Assembly (NCBI RefSeq): GCF_009914755.1
Contig: NC_060944.1
Length of the DNA: 64,000 nt
Strand: one strand, 5' to 3'
Source: the human T2T-CHM13v2.0 reference genome, Homo sapiens
Part shown: piece after piece, positions 14,788 to 29,507 of the stretch
Numbering within the stretch: position 1 is the first letter of the stretch
How the letters are laid out: the number at the start of each line of letters is the position of its first letter
The notes under the pieces: model-generated
Told to the model about the DNA's origin: nothing
Database searches by the model: none
Seen by the model: only the letters and a program-made list of their open reading frames with translations
Translations under genes and position numbers: made by a program

Positions 14788-15501
14788 TGAACCAGGTAGA
14801 CAGCGCCCTTGACATAAGTGACTCCATGTTAGGAAAAGACTTCATCTTATACTTCAAATAGTGTCATGTCAACAGGGACCAGATATTTGCCTAATAAATA
14901 GAGACAGCCCCCAATCAGATAAGAACATAACCGGACATGCCCTTTTACTATCATCACCAGGGGACCCTGGAGCTATAAAAAGAGCAGGGCTTCGCCAGCT
15001 TAAGATAGCCATCTTAATAGGCACTGCCTTCCTGTCCCTTGTGATCAGCATCCAGGATCTGCCACTGAAGGACTGCCCAAATCAAAGACTATTCTTTGCA
15101 AGATGTTGATACCCATCCAGATCAGGCCAGGACACTCTTCTTGTCCACGTCACTCTCCTTGGACTGGTTTGTTAACCATTTTTCCTATCCCCTTTTCTCT
15201 TGATGTCAAATGTTATTTTGTTTGATGTGGAATATTTAACCTATAGCATTTATATATTAAGTATACTACTATGTATGGCTTGTAATATTCACTGATTTGC
15301 GGATCGTCTTGAATGTGTGTGCCCATGGCTTTGATGACCAAGTGAACGGAGGGTTGGGGTACTAAGAAGAATTGTCTCCTTGGAAACTCCATGTAATTTC
15401 TGGCTTTTATGGTTGAAATAGGATCAATAAAAGTCTGACCTTGTGGAAAGATACAAACGTGCATTGACCTGGTTATGTCTGACCTTGTGCCACTCATGAC
15501 A
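14788..15501 (+). mobile_element. ERV1 solo LTR (MER72-like)
   Basis: Interrupts the L1; TATA-like ctataaaa, aataaaa, ends ...ctcatgaca; family assignment from memory. Confidence 0.6.
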
Positions 15502-15646
15502 AACGAATACAGAAAATGTGGTATATACGTACAATGAACCATTATTCAGTCTCAAAAAAAGAGGAAATTCTGACCCATGCTATGACATGGATGAGCCTTG
15601 ATGACATAATGCTAAAGAAAAGAAATCAGTTATGAAGGAACAAATG

Positions 15647-15991
15647 TAGACGCTCCTCAACTTACAATGGATTTACGTCCTGGTAAACCCATCATACATT
15701 GAAAATGTCATAGGCCAAAAACGCATTTGATACACCTAAGTTGCAGAACATCATAGCTTAGCCCAGCCTACCTTATTCGGAACACTTACATTAGCCTAAT
15801 TTTGGGTAAAATCATCTAACACAAAGTCTATTTTATAATAAAATGTTGACTATCTTATGTGATTTATTGAATATTGTACTGAAAGTGAAAAACAGAATGG
15901 TTGTATGGGAACTCGAAGTGGGGTTCTGCTGCATACGTGTCACTTTCACACCATTGTAAAGTTGAAAAATCCTGTGAGTTGGGACCAGCTG
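15647..15991 (+). mobile_element. TcMar-Tigger MITE (MER47A-like)
   Basis: agacgctcctcaacttacaatgg...aacatcatagcttagcccagcctacctt...gagttgggaccagctg. Confidence 0.75.
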
Positions 15992-16222
15992 TGCTGATGA
16001 TTCCACACATACGTAGTACCTGGATAGGAAAATTCATAGAGACAGGAAGGAGAGGGTGGTTGCCAGGGGTGGGGAGAAGGGAGAATGGGGAGTTAGTGTT
16101 TAATGAGTACGGAGTTGCAATTTTGCAAGATGAAAAGGATTCTGTGCATGAGTGGTGGTGGTTGCACAACAATGGGAATGTGCTTAATGCCACCAAACTG
16201 TCCACTTAAAAATTGTGGAAAT

Positions 16223-16569
<347 letters not shown>

Positions 16570-16944
16570 TTATTTTATTAACTATTATTAACACAATAGT
16601 GGTCTTTGGCAACTATGGGATTATTTCAGGGGTTGGCTAAAGGGGTCTCAGCTTCAAAAAGACAAAGCTGAGGAAAAGGGAGAAAAGAGAGTGAGAAACA
16701 CAGCCAGAAGGGGCTGACCAGGGCTGAGGGAAAGGAAGCTGGGCCAGGGCTGCGGGCGAAGCCCTGTTGAAAGGGCAGGTGAGGCCTCACAGGCAGGGGC
16801 TCGAGACCCAGCCAGGTTGAACCTAGGGCTGGCAGGACACTTCCATAGTGATAGGAAGCCCAGCCTCCCTCCCAGTGCCTGGCGTGGGCCGAGGCCTTGT
16901 CCATCGAGGCCTGCTCTGTGGATTCAGGAAGAAGACCATAGGCA

Positions 16945-17760
<816 letters not shown>

Positions 17761-18564
17761 GGAAGGCCATGCCAGTGCTCCTTCCCCATAAGACCCACTG
17801 GACAAGGCAGCACCAGGTTCCTGGGCTCAGACATAAGAATGAGGCAGAAGCCAACAGACAGTAGAAAACCTGTTCTCTGTAGCTTCCAAGGAATGACGGG
17901 CCACAGGGCACCTTTGGCCTGATCCTTCTGCAGACCTGGCATTGCCCGGAGAGGCTATCCTCGGACACCCTAGTGAGATGACCGCATGCCCACACCCTCA
18001 CTGACAAGCAGCCCACTTGCTGCCCGAAGGAGACTGAGTGGTGGCACTGTCCTCTCTCTCTGGCCAGGAGGCTGGCATTTGGCAGAGCTGCCAGTACTGG
18101 CAGCTGAGAGCTTCTCAGGGTCCATGCCAAGTGGTGTGACCCAGTGGGACTGAGTGTGAAACACCTGGCCCAGTGCATTTCTGAGCCAGACAAAGCCAGC
18201 CTCTCTGTGCACTGGGCATGAAAAGCAAGACCAGGCAGCCACGACTGAGGGACACCAGGGCATCAGCAGCTTGATGGGGAGACCAATTGTACTTTGACCC
18301 CATCAGCAGGAGAAACTCAGATACAATCCTTAAGCACGACTAGAGTGGGTGAGAGCAAGAGGGGGCAGAGGAAAGATACAAGGAGGCAGCTCAAACCCTC
18401 CCACAACTTCAAAGTGGGAACGGATTCCTCAGGACCCTCTCCTGGGCTCATTCACTATCTCCTCTTTCTTCTCACAAGCACATCCATTTTACAGGGCCCA
18501 AGGAAGAAGGTGAGGGTAGATGGGTTGGAAACTAGGAATGTCTTCCATTATTCACTTTTCTCAT

Positions 18565-18935
18565 AATAATAGCACTCCTGAATTCTAGCTGGGTGTACAG
18601 CTGCACAGAGTGAAGACTACATTTCCCAGCCTTCTCAGGGCTGGGTGTGGCCATGTGACCAGGCTCTGGCCAATGAGACTGAGCAGAAGTGGTGAATGTG
18701 ACTCCCTTCTGGAGTCCTCAAAGGGCAAGGATGGCAGCTCTCCCTTTCATGTGGTTGGAACCCAGACATGTCAGGGAGCTGTCATGGGCCATGTGGAAGA
18801 GGGGCACACCCTAGGGACGGCAACCACAAGACAGAGGGAGCCCGGTGCCTGCCTGACCCCATTGTAGAGTGGAGCTGCCCTACCACCTATGTTGAGGTCA
18901 CTGTTGCTTTGGGTCTTTGCAGCAGCAGCCTAACT
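18565..18935 (+). mobile_element. MLT1-family LTR (MLT1J-like)
   Basis: gactacatttcccagcc...gtgtggccatgtgacc...tctggccaatgaga. Confidence 0.65.
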
Positions 18936-20184
18936 TATAGACCAGCTCTTCCAGATTGGAGGAAGAATCCAGAGAATTCCCCTCAAATACACCAGTGCCC
19001 TTCAGAAGAATGAAGTCAAAACACGGAGACAGAATCCTGGGACCTAGGGTGGGAAAGAATGGAGTCTAAGCTCTGCCCACCCATTCAGCAGGTAGGCAAG
19101 GTGAGCCTGTCTGCCACTGTTCCTGCTCTGAGGATAAGGAGGTGAAACAACCTGGTCAACAGCATTACCTCCTGGTGCTGACAGTTCCTGTGTGGGAAAA
19201 CAGACAATCAATAAGTTAAAAACAAACAAACAAAAAAAGATGATATTTTTCTGAGAGTGGTGAGTCCTCTGAAGAAAGCAAGCAGGCCCGCTGGTGGGAA
19301 AGGCTAGTTTATGTTGAGTGGTCAGAGGAGCTGGCATCAGAGCTAAAATCTGCAAGTGGAGAAGAAGCTGCATGGGAAGACTTTCACAGTGAGGGAACAG
19401 CAGGGGCAAAATCCCAGAGGCAGGAACAGCTTTGCACAATCTCCTAAGAAAAATCTTATGATCCTAAGAGCTACACAGCATGCTTACTGCGCATTAGGAG
19501 TGGTTCTTGGCATTCCTATGTGTCATATCCTTTAACCCTCACCCCTAAGGTAGGCGTGATGATTTTCTTCTTCATTTTACAAAGCATGAAACTGAGACGG
19601 AGGGATGTTTAATCAACTTGCCTAGGTCCCACTGCTGATAAACAATCGAGCCAGGCTTAGAACTCCCTCCCTTCCCTCCCAGGCTGGGAACTCTCTCCCC
19701 TTCTGCACTTCCGTTTTACCACCGAGCCTTAAATCCTGCAGTGGCTTGAAAAATATAAACCCTGTAGTTGTCAGAGCTAATGAGGACAGGCCTGTCCTGT
19801 GGCCTCTACCCCATCCAGATCCCTGGCTGGCTTATTGAGGTGTCATAAAACCTCACTGAGTGAATATATGGAGAACATCCTTGCCTAAAAGGACGGTCAG
19901 GGGCACAGAACAACATTTCTTTCCTTCTTATTTCTCTAATGGAGCAGACCGTCTTGAAGCTGTAACTCAAGCCAATGTGGCAATCCACAATCAGCCATCA
20001 CTGAGTGCCAGGGGTGGGTCAGCACTTATGCCAGGATCCTGGGGTTAAAAGGTGAATAGACCACGGATCTCAGCCCCCTCAAAGATTTTGGTGCCCATCC
20101 CAGCCAAGCTCCTATGGCTTTTATTTCCTTGAAAAGCAGCATCTGAGCAGAACAGCTAAAGAAGGCCAAGTAAGAAGCAGTCTT

Positions 20185-20550
20185 GGCTGAGTGTGATGAC
20201 TCACGCCTGTAATCCCAGCACTTTGGGAGGCTGAGGCGGGCAGATCACTTGAGCCTAGGAGTTCGTGACTGACCTGGGAAACATAGCAAAATCCTGACTC
20301 TACAAAAAATACAAAAAATTAGCCAGGCATAGTGGTGCATGCTGGTGGTCCCAGCTACCCAGAAGGCTGAGGCTGGAGGATTGCTTGAGCCCGGGGAGAT
20401 GGAGGCTGCAGTGAGCTGAGATTGCACCACTGCACTCGGCCACTGCCTTCATTCAGTTCCCTGTTTCTTTTGCTGTCATCTGCTACTGATCTCTTTGTTT
20501 CCAGTCTTGTCCTAAAATCCCATTTCCAGAGATCCTGTCTAAAAAAAAAA
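20185..20550 (+). mobile_element. Alu (AluJ-like) with a ~95-bp local insertion near its 3' end
   Basis: Alu body; TSD aagaagcagtctt / aagaagcacacagtctt. Confidence 0.9.
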
Positions 20551-22217
20551 GAAGCACACAGTCTTGTTGCAAAGGAATCAAAGATCAATAAAATTAATGT
20601 CCTGTGAATAAAACCATGAATGAAAGCCCCTCTTTGCCCCAGTTTCCCCTTCACTTCCACTTCCCTCCCTGAAAGCCAACCTTATCAATGGTTTGTATCC
20701 TTTCCTAGAGTTTGGTTTTGCGTAAATAGGGGTACAATGCTTTAGATATTGCTGATCCTTTTGATTCCGCTTGTGTCCCCTGATACTTTTGCCTCCCAAA
20801 TATTTCCTAACGTCCACCCCCTTCTCTGCAGCCATTGCCCTCATTCAGGTTCCTATTTCTCTTGCTGTCATCTGCTGCAGATCTCCCTGTCTCCAGCCTT
20901 GTCCTAAAATCCCAATTTCAGGATCCTGCTGGAGAAATCTAATTAAAATGCAAATAAAACCACGTAAGGGACATTTGAGACATTCTGAAGCTACCCAGCA
21001 TCTTCTGAATGTCCACCTGGTGTTGAGATAGTCTCCCATTGTGCAGTTTCTACCTCTCCAGGAAAGAAACCAGAAGACATTCATCCAGACTCCCTTGCTG
21101 CTGGGGGCAGTCATGTGACTTTGGCTTCTCCAATCATATCCTCTCATTTGAGGCTATGATTTGGGAGGGAATATGGAGGCAGCTTAGACAGACAGAACTG
21201 AGGTTTTCTTAAAGCGAGGGAGTGGAGGCATCTGGTTGTTCTGGGGTGGCAGGTGCACTTTCTGGTGTCTAGTGCCCCGTGGTTTGGTGCAACTCCTAGC
21301 TGTGTGTTTCCTGATCTATGCGCTGGCCCTTTGGAAGAGTCTCTGTGCCACCTACTACCCTTTAATGAATTTCTGTTTTGCGTAAGCCAGAGTGGATTCT
21401 GTTGTTTGCAATGAAGCAGACTGATTGTTACAGATCACATCACTCTCCTATACAAACTCTTCCTGTGTAAAAGTTTTCATTGGTTCCCCTGCCTGCCTGC
21501 TCGCCCCCCTAGCCTCTCCTTCTGGTGCCCTCATTTCACATTTGTACTCCAAATATACACCAACTGTATGCTCTGCACCGCTCCTCCTTTTATGCTATTC
21601 TGTGTACTGAAATTTTTATCTTACTACTGGCTGTGATGTGCCCACTTCTCAGAAGAGACAGCTGAGTCTCATGGACATGGTCACATGGTGCTGCAGAGCC
21701 AGGATCAGGACTCAGTCTCCTGCCCTTCCATCAAACACACGATCTTGCTTTGGAGAAAGCGTCAACACCACTCAACCACTTTCAGGCTGAGGCCCCTTCT
21801 CCTTTGTGCTGAATGAAAGATCCTGTTAAACCCCCTTTCCCTGATGCCCCTTTGCCCACAGCACATGCACCACACCATGCCTAGGCTATGCTCCCTCTCC
21901 AGGCTCAGGCACCACCCCACACACTCTCCTTTGCCCAGGGAGCTTCCTCTGCCCAAACTGTCTTCCCCATCTCTGTGGTCTGGCTTTGAAGCCAGACTCC
22001 GTGGGTTCAAATCCTGACTCTGTCTCTTCTGAGATTAGGCAAGTCACTAAATCTCTCTATGGCTCAGTTGCCTTGTCTATAAAATTAAGATGGTGATGGT
22101 AGCCCCCTTAAGTGTGTTGAGTGGAATAACAGAAAAACACGGATGAGTCACTTAGAAGAGTGGCTGGCACTTAGTGCACACACGGTCAACGTTAGCTACT
22201 ATTATTATTATTAATTG

Positions 22218-22517
22218 TTTTTTTTGAGACAGAGTCTCGCTCTGTCGCCCAGGCTGGAGTGCAGTGGTGCGATCTCAGCTCACTGCAAGCTCTGCCTCCC
22301 AGGTTCACGCCATTTTCCTGCCTCAGAGTAGCTACTCCCAGAGTAGCTGGGACTACAGGCACCTGCCACCACGCCCGCCTAATTTTCTTTTGTATTTTTA
22401 GTAGAGACAGGGTTTCACCGTGTTAGCCAGGATGGTCTTGATCTCCTGACCTCGTGATCTGCCCGCCTCAGCCTCCCAAAGTGCTGGGATTATAGGCGTG
22501 AGCCACTGCGTCCGGCC
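22218..22517 (-). mobile_element. AluY-like element inserted in a MIR
   Basis: gcaagctctgcc, ggttcacgccatt, gttagccaggatggtcttgatc; small internal agagtagct duplication. Confidence 0.95.
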
Positions 22518-24299
22518 GTCAGCTACCATTATTTTTTATCATTATCATCATCATCTGGCAAAGTCTACATCTGCCCACCTCTCATGGCCCCTGTTCCCTC
22601 CGGGCATCCTCTCTCCAGTGGGAGGAGGAATCATTGCTTTCCACTTGCGGCTCCCAGGGCACCTGCACCTAGTCCTTACTTAAAGCACATGCCATGCCTC
22701 TTCTGAGTGCTACAGGCAGGAAGCAGAGTGGATGCTTAAGAGGCTGGACTCTGGAACCAGAAGGACTGGTTTCATTCCCTGGCTGTAGCTGCTTATGAGC
22801 TGTGTGACCTTGGGCAAGTGACTTAACCTCTCTGTGTGTGCCTCCGTTTCCTGGGGAAAATGGAGATGATAATAGGAGCGATTTCATGGAGTAGGTGTGG
22901 AGACCCAACCAATCTGTTCATCCTTTGTCTGGCACACGGGAAGCGATCAATACATGTTGGCTCATCTTAGTTGTTTACTGCCTGTCTTGCGCTCAACACT
23001 GTGGGTGTCTTCAGGGCACAAACCAGGCTTTATTTACCTTTGTGCTCCTGGCACCCCATGCAGTGCCTGGCCCTGTGAGTTGCCACGTAGGTGCCCTGCA
23101 CTTGTGGTCTGCTCTCATGTCAGTTGTTTCTTTCATGCCTCCCACCTGAAGGGCACTGTTTCAGGCTGAACAAGTAGAAGATTGCCGCCCACCACACTTA
23201 ATTCTCTTTTGGGCTGCTGGCCCAGGAGCTGAAGAAGGCCTAGGGCCTGGGGGACTGTTAGCTGTGGGGAGCTGGCACTTCTCGACAGGGGCCTTGCGGA
23301 CCACCCGCTTTGATCCTTGATCGGGAGCATTTAGGACCTCATTTGGACTCATTGCGAAGGATGCCTCACACAGAAGGCCATGGCATATGCGATCTCTCAG
23401 GCTGTGCCAGATGGTGGGGCTTTGGCGGAGCTCCCTCTGTATCTGCAAGCCCGCTGACCCATTCAGAGGCTCCAAACTGCAAGAGAGAAATGATAATGGT
23501 GCTTTGAAATGACTGGAGCTGGGAGATGGCAAGGAGCCTGGCAAAGAAGGAACACACCGTTGTCGCTGGTACTTAGCTGTATTCATGGACCAGCAAAGCA
23601 AGATGGATTCCAGCCAGCTTAATGAGCCCCCTCGGTTAGCTGCCTGATTCATTCAATTTGACCACCATGCAAAAGATCTAGAATAGAACAGTGGTTAAGA
23701 GATCGGGACCTGGGGCCCTACTGCCTGGGCTCAGATCCAAGCTTCTCTGCTTACCAGTTGTGTGAACTTTTGACAAAGAACTTTAATGCTCTATGCCTCA
23801 TTTCCTTATCTGCAAGATGGGAATATTTTTGCTATAACAGTGGGAGGACATACTGGATCGACAATGCTGTTTGCCTGTGTATCAGTGTGACAGAAGCTAA
23901 CTCTTACACAGTACTTACCACATTCCAGGAACTGTTCGTCACGTGGGCTTGCTCATTTCATCCTTACAACCACCCCGCCCACCAGGGAGATGCTATTATT
24001 ATCTCTATTTTTTAAAATAAGCAAAGTAAAGGGAGTTGAAACAATACATTCAAGGTCACAGTGCTTGAAATTCAAACTTAAGCAGTCTGGCTTACAATTC
24101 ATGTTCTTACCGTCATGCTGTGCTGCCTGCCAATATGATATAGATCTAATCAAAGACAGATAGATTCTTGCCCTGAAGCAAGTGTTTGTGATTTACTCTG
24201 GGAGATTAAAAAGAAGCCGTGTATGCACAAACTTAAGACAAACACATGCTATCTGCTTAGTTAACTGATGATGATCAATCAAGCTTTTCTCCCTCAAAT

Positions 24300-25340
24300 A
24301 AATGGAATTAGGATGATCTTGGCTGTAAGTAACAGTTAACCCAACTCAAAGTGTCTTCAACAACCATGACTTTGATGATTAGTATTACTCACCTAGGAGT
24401 TCAGGTAGCTGCTGGTTGGTTAATCCAGGGGCTCAAAGACATAAGTAAAGAACTTAGTTCTTTCTCATTTTGTGTTCTGCGATCTTTGGGGCATCAGCTC
24501 CATCCACAGGCCAACACTTCTGTTGACAAGATGGCTGATCACAGTTCCAGGCAGTTCCAGATGTGAGAAATGTATGAGAGAGGAGAGAGGAGGGGTTGGT
24601 CTTTCTTGGTTATCCTCTTAGAAGCCTGAAAATATTCTCTGGAATCTTCCAGAAGACTCTGCATTGGGTCTCCTTGGCCACTATGGGGTCACATGCACCT
24701 TCCTAGACCAGTCACTGGCAGGAAGGTCAGTGAGGGTGCCATGATTGGTCTCATCTGGTGCCAACTGGATACTGGGGAGCCAACAGCCCTGGCCATGGCA
24801 CATGCTTTGTGCTTTTCTACTTTCCTCCACTTGCTTCAGCCATTCCTCCTGCAGAATGCCTGGTCTATTCCTACATATCATAATGGTTCACTGTCTAGAA
24901 TCATTTTAGTTGCAAGTAACAGGAAATCCAACCAAAGGTGGTTTAAATAAAGAAACCCAGAGACAAGCAGTCCTGAGCCAGTGCTGTGTCAGTCATTGAT
25001 GTATCAGGGGCCTGGGACTTTCTGTCTTAGTGCTCTTTATCCTCAGTGCACTGGTTTTCACCCACAGGTGCACTGCTGTCTAGTTCTAAAATGGCTGCTT
25101 CACCTCCAGGCAGGAAAGAGAGAGAAGGGAGTTGGGGTAGGAAGGCATTCTCAGGAACCCTCCTGCAGCTTTCTATTTACATCTTATTAGCTGGAACTGG
25201 GCCATGTGACCACTGTTAGCTGCAAGGGAGGCTGGGAAAGTGAATGCCTTAGCTGGGCACTTTGCCACCTCGAACAAAGCCAGAGTCCTTTGGTTAGAAG
25301 AAAGAAGAGGATACTGGGCAACTAGCAGTGTCTGCCACAC
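24300..25340 (-). mobile_element. Two adjacent old MLT1-type LTR relics
   Basis: ggctgtaagtaacag and gttgcaagtaacagg starts; ggccatgtgaccactgttagctgcaagggaggctgggaaa. Confidence 0.55.
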
Positions 25341-26771
25341 CTTTCTTTAAGGATCAACTCACACTGCACACCACTGCATCCTTCCCTCTTTATCCCTAGG
25401 GCATAGGCTGCCTGTCCCCTTCTGAGAAACTAAAGTGAAAAAGGAAGAGAAGAAAAGAATCTAATGAAATGATTTACCTATTTCAGCTCGAAACCCTGCC
25501 ATGGTGCTGCAGACAGAGTATCTTGGTAGGTCAGGGAAATTGAGGCTCAGAGGGCAGTACTGACTTGCCAAGGTCATGGTTAACTATGAGACTCAGCAGG
25601 AATGTGAATCTGGGTTTGTTCCACTTGCCTGCCCTCTCCTCTACACCGTGCTCCCATGGAAGCCCCAGGTAGCCTGAGTAAGTGGTCACTGAATGCTCAT
25701 GGAAAGTTCTCCTGTTAACTGGGAGGGAGATAACTCATCTCTCCCAGTTATACCGTACAGTCCTCAAGGTCAGAACTGATGCCTGTGCTCCCACTACAAG
25801 GTCGAGAAGCCTGTCAAGGGCCCATCACAATTGCCTCCTAGCAGAGGACAGGCCAGGCCATTGTGGACTGTAGTTGACATGAGCACAATTTGCAGATTCT
25901 TTTTGACTCTAAAAACCCAAGAACATTGCTTCTGACTGTGGCGAGAACATTAAGCTTTCAAATAGGCACCGCGCTACGACAGAAGCTAATGCAAGCCTTG
26001 ATCATTTTTCTCTTTCCTTTCCCTCCTCTGAGTTCTGCTGGGAGCCGGTTCGAGGGAAGTTGGCTAATTGGAACTGTCCACACTGCCCCCATGAGAAATG
26101 GGATGTTGTACACCATGTTCCCTGGAGAAAATCTCCCATCTGTTCACCGCATGAGAATAATTACATGTATAAATTACCGCCTTCTCATCCCTCTCCGGCT
26201 TGTGTTGGAGAGGGGGTGTGCTTATGATGGAGGTTCCTGAGTGACCTTTCTGATGAGGGAATGTGACGAAGTCAGCTCCTAAATCAGCCATCTGCCTGAG
26301 CACGACTGTGGTATTGATTTTCTATTCTAGGGCTGGAAAACGGACATTTATTTTGAAATATGTTTAGTAATGAATCTGTGATTTGCGAAGGGTGCTTCTG
26401 CAACGATTCCTGCTGAACTTGATGTGACTTCCAGCAACAGAGAAAGTCACTGGGTTTAATTTTACCCTTTATTACTAAAAGGAGAGACTCCAGGCCGAGC
26501 AGCTTGAGAAAACGCACCAGGTACTTTCCACAGCAGTCATGACACTGCCTCTCATGGAGAACCTCCCTCTAAATACCTCAACTGCAAAATATATTACACA
26601 ACATTTTCTGGACCTGAAAAGCCCTGGCCTGGGAGACAGGGTTTGTTGGGGGGCAGGGATCTAATCACCATCAATGACCAGCGATAGCACCGCAGGCAAT
26701 TCCTTGCCTCTTCCAGGGCCTCAGCGTTCACGCTGCAGGATGGAAGAGGCTATTCAGTTTCAATGACCTCC

Positions 26772-27265
26772 ATGGTAAACAGAATAATAACTGCCCCACA
26801 AGACGGTCTCATCTGTATCCTTGGAACCTGTGGATATTCCAGGTTACATGGCAAACAGGAGGTAACGTTGTAGATGGAATTCAGGTGGTGTATCAGCTAG
26901 CTTTAAAATAGGGAGATGATTGTGGATTATCTGGGTGGGACCGAGGTAATCACGAGAGTCCTTATAAGTAGATAAGGGAGGTAGCACCAGAGAGCTGGCA
27001 CCATGAGAAGAACTTGGCCTGACATGACTGACATATGGAGGGAGGGGGCCATGAGCCAAGGAATGTGGGTGGCTCCTAGAAGCTGAGCTAGGCAGGGAAA
27101 CACATTCTTCCTTAGAGCCTCTGGAAGGAATGCAGCCCTGCTAACCCTTCCATTTTAGCCCAGTGAGGCCCATCTCAGACTTCTGAACCCCAGAATTATG
27201 AGGTAATACCTTGATGTTGTTTAAACCACAAAGTTAGTGGTGATTTGTGACAGCAGCAATAGAAG
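26772..27265 (+). mobile_element. MLT1D-like LTR
   Basis: cagaataat...ggaacctgtg...ttacatggcaaa...gattatctgggtggg...gccatgagccaaggaatg...gacagcagcaatagaa. Confidence 0.8.
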
Positions 27266-28303
27266 CTTTATGCAACCCGTGCTCCTCTAGTCCTGGAATT
27301 TGCTGATTGCTCTCCACCCATCTGCAGCGAACCCTTCTCACTCCCCTGCTCAATTCTCCCTGATTGAGAATTCCCGTCTTTTGTCTCTCCAGCCAGACTC
27401 AAAGTTCCAGGAGGACATAGATGCTCCTCTTTGGTATCCGTGCAGTGCATCCTACAAAGTGCTTGTTCAGGCTCCACAGGGCAAGGTCCAGAATTGCTGG
27501 AAGTGGCGCGGCCATGTCGTCCCTGGAAGTGACGATGAAAGCCAGTCCTTTTAAGGTGGTCACAACCTGCCAGGCGCAGATAGAGGAGCTCCCCAGCCAT
27601 CATCTCACTGCATCTTTAGAGAAACCTGGAAGTAGAATTATTAGTGTCATCACCACTTGACAAATTAGGCCACTGAGGCACAAAGGAAGTGAATAAGCTG
27701 CCTGGGTCACAGAGCTGGGCAATGTGGTGGCCAGGTTTCTACTCTCTTGGGTCATCAGCCCATTGGTTTCATTCTCTGTCACAGACAATGGAAGTTGTCT
27801 CTGTCTTACGTAAGGTCCTGGGCAAATGTGGCATCCAGTTAAGGGGACCACAAGTTCCAGTTTACCTGAGACAGTCCCTGTGTTCTAGAATAATTATTAA
27901 TAGTACCTCCCCATTCATACTCAAAGGGGGTCTAGTTTGGGAACTGTGAATCGTATAGTCAGCCTATGTCCAGCCCTCCTTCCAGTGGTGACAGGAGCCT
28001 CACGGAAGAGCGCACAGGGGCAGAGTATAGTTGCACCCCCTGGCCCCAACGGGCACGAAATAGAGCCCTGGAATTGGGCAACTCACATTCAAGTCTTGAC
28101 TCTATGACCAATTTGTTTTGTGACCTTGGGGCAAACGTGATGCATTTCATAGCCCCTGGCAGGTTTCCCAGCCCGTACTCGGAACCAAGTCATGGGAATG
28201 TCTGAGAAATTCAATTGTTGTTTTCCTCTGATCTCCCCCAGCCAGAATTTCTTCATCTACAACACAGAGAGGAAATTACACAGCCTATTGGAAGAGAATG
28301 GTG

Positions 28304-28598
28304 AGTTGGGCTTGGTGGCACAGGCCTATAATTCTAGTGCTTTGGGAGGCTAAGGTGGGAGGATCGCTTGAGGCCAGGAGTTTGAGACTAGTCTGAGCAA
28401 CACAGTGAGACCCCTTCTCAGCAAAAATACGAAAAAATTAGCCAAACGTGATGGTGCATGTCTCTAGTCCCAGCTACTCAAGAGGCTGAGGTGGGAGGAT
28501 CACTTGAGCCCAGGAGTTCGAGCCTGCAATGAGCCATGATCGTGCCACTGCATTCCAGCCTGGGTGACAGAGCAAGACTGTTAAAAAAAAAAAAAAAA
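28304..28598 (+). mobile_element. Alu (AluJ-like)
   Basis: Full Alu; TSD aagagaatggtga. Confidence 0.95.
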
Positions 28599-29437
28599 GA
28601 GAATGGTGATTGTGGACATGAAAATGCTTTGAATGTCAAGCAGGAAGGCACCTGCAAACATGAGCTGGGTGTTTTGGGGAGACGACATATTTGTGGCCAG
28701 GTACGTAGATGACCTTTGTTCCTTACACTTCATGGACTCTTATTTCCTAAATGAAGGTCAGGAAGAAACTTCATTTCCTCATCAACTTTGCCCAGGTCCT
28801 TGTATACGAATAGGCCACAAAGTCTATACACTCAAGTGTTTTCATGCCAGGGTTAGACCTGCCCCACCTTGTCCCAGATGTGCTTAGCCAACTGGCTGCA
28901 GAGCTTGCACATGGGGCTTAACAGTGACCTTGACTGGGAACAGGACCCCCGAGGCTGATGCTTGGACCCACGCTCTCCATGCAGGTGCTTTGTATTGACT
29001 AGGCTTTGTCCCTGGAAGGTGGCCTGTTGTACCACCGTCATCTTATACCTTAATAATTGCAACCTCTCCTGATGGACCACCCTGTTTCCTTTCCTTATAA
29101 AATCCATTGTCCACGCAGCAGAGAGAGTGACATCAGATCACGTCACATTCTAGAGTGGCCATTTCCCTCTTCCCTCCTTAATAATCATCCTGCATGCTCA
29201 TGAGTGCCCTCAGAGTCTGTTTTCTGGGACTCTTACTTGTGACAACACCACATTCTCTATGACATTACTCACTCCATTTCTTTCATAACTTGGACCACCT
29301 CCTGACACTATATTGTTCATTTACTGCCTTGTACGTCCTCCATCTGCTCTGTGAGGGAGGGACCCTCTTGACCTTATTTGTTGGGTGCCTAGCACTGTAC
29401 CTGGCATACGGCAGGTGTTCAATAAATGTCAGTTGGA

Positions 29438-29507
29438 AGGAAAGAAGGAAGACAGGGAGGGAGAGAAGAAGGGAGGAAGAGAAGGAGGGAGGGAGGGAGG
29501 AAGGGAG
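29438..29507. repeat. Polypurine (GGA/GAGG) low-complexity tract
   Basis: aaggaaagaaggaagacagggagggagagaagaagggagg... Confidence 0.8.

Noticed and set aside
23161-23652. 163-aa minus-strand ORF in unique-looking DNA
   Set aside because: No protein family resemblance and several overlapping ORFs on both strands, as expected by chance in GC-rich DNA
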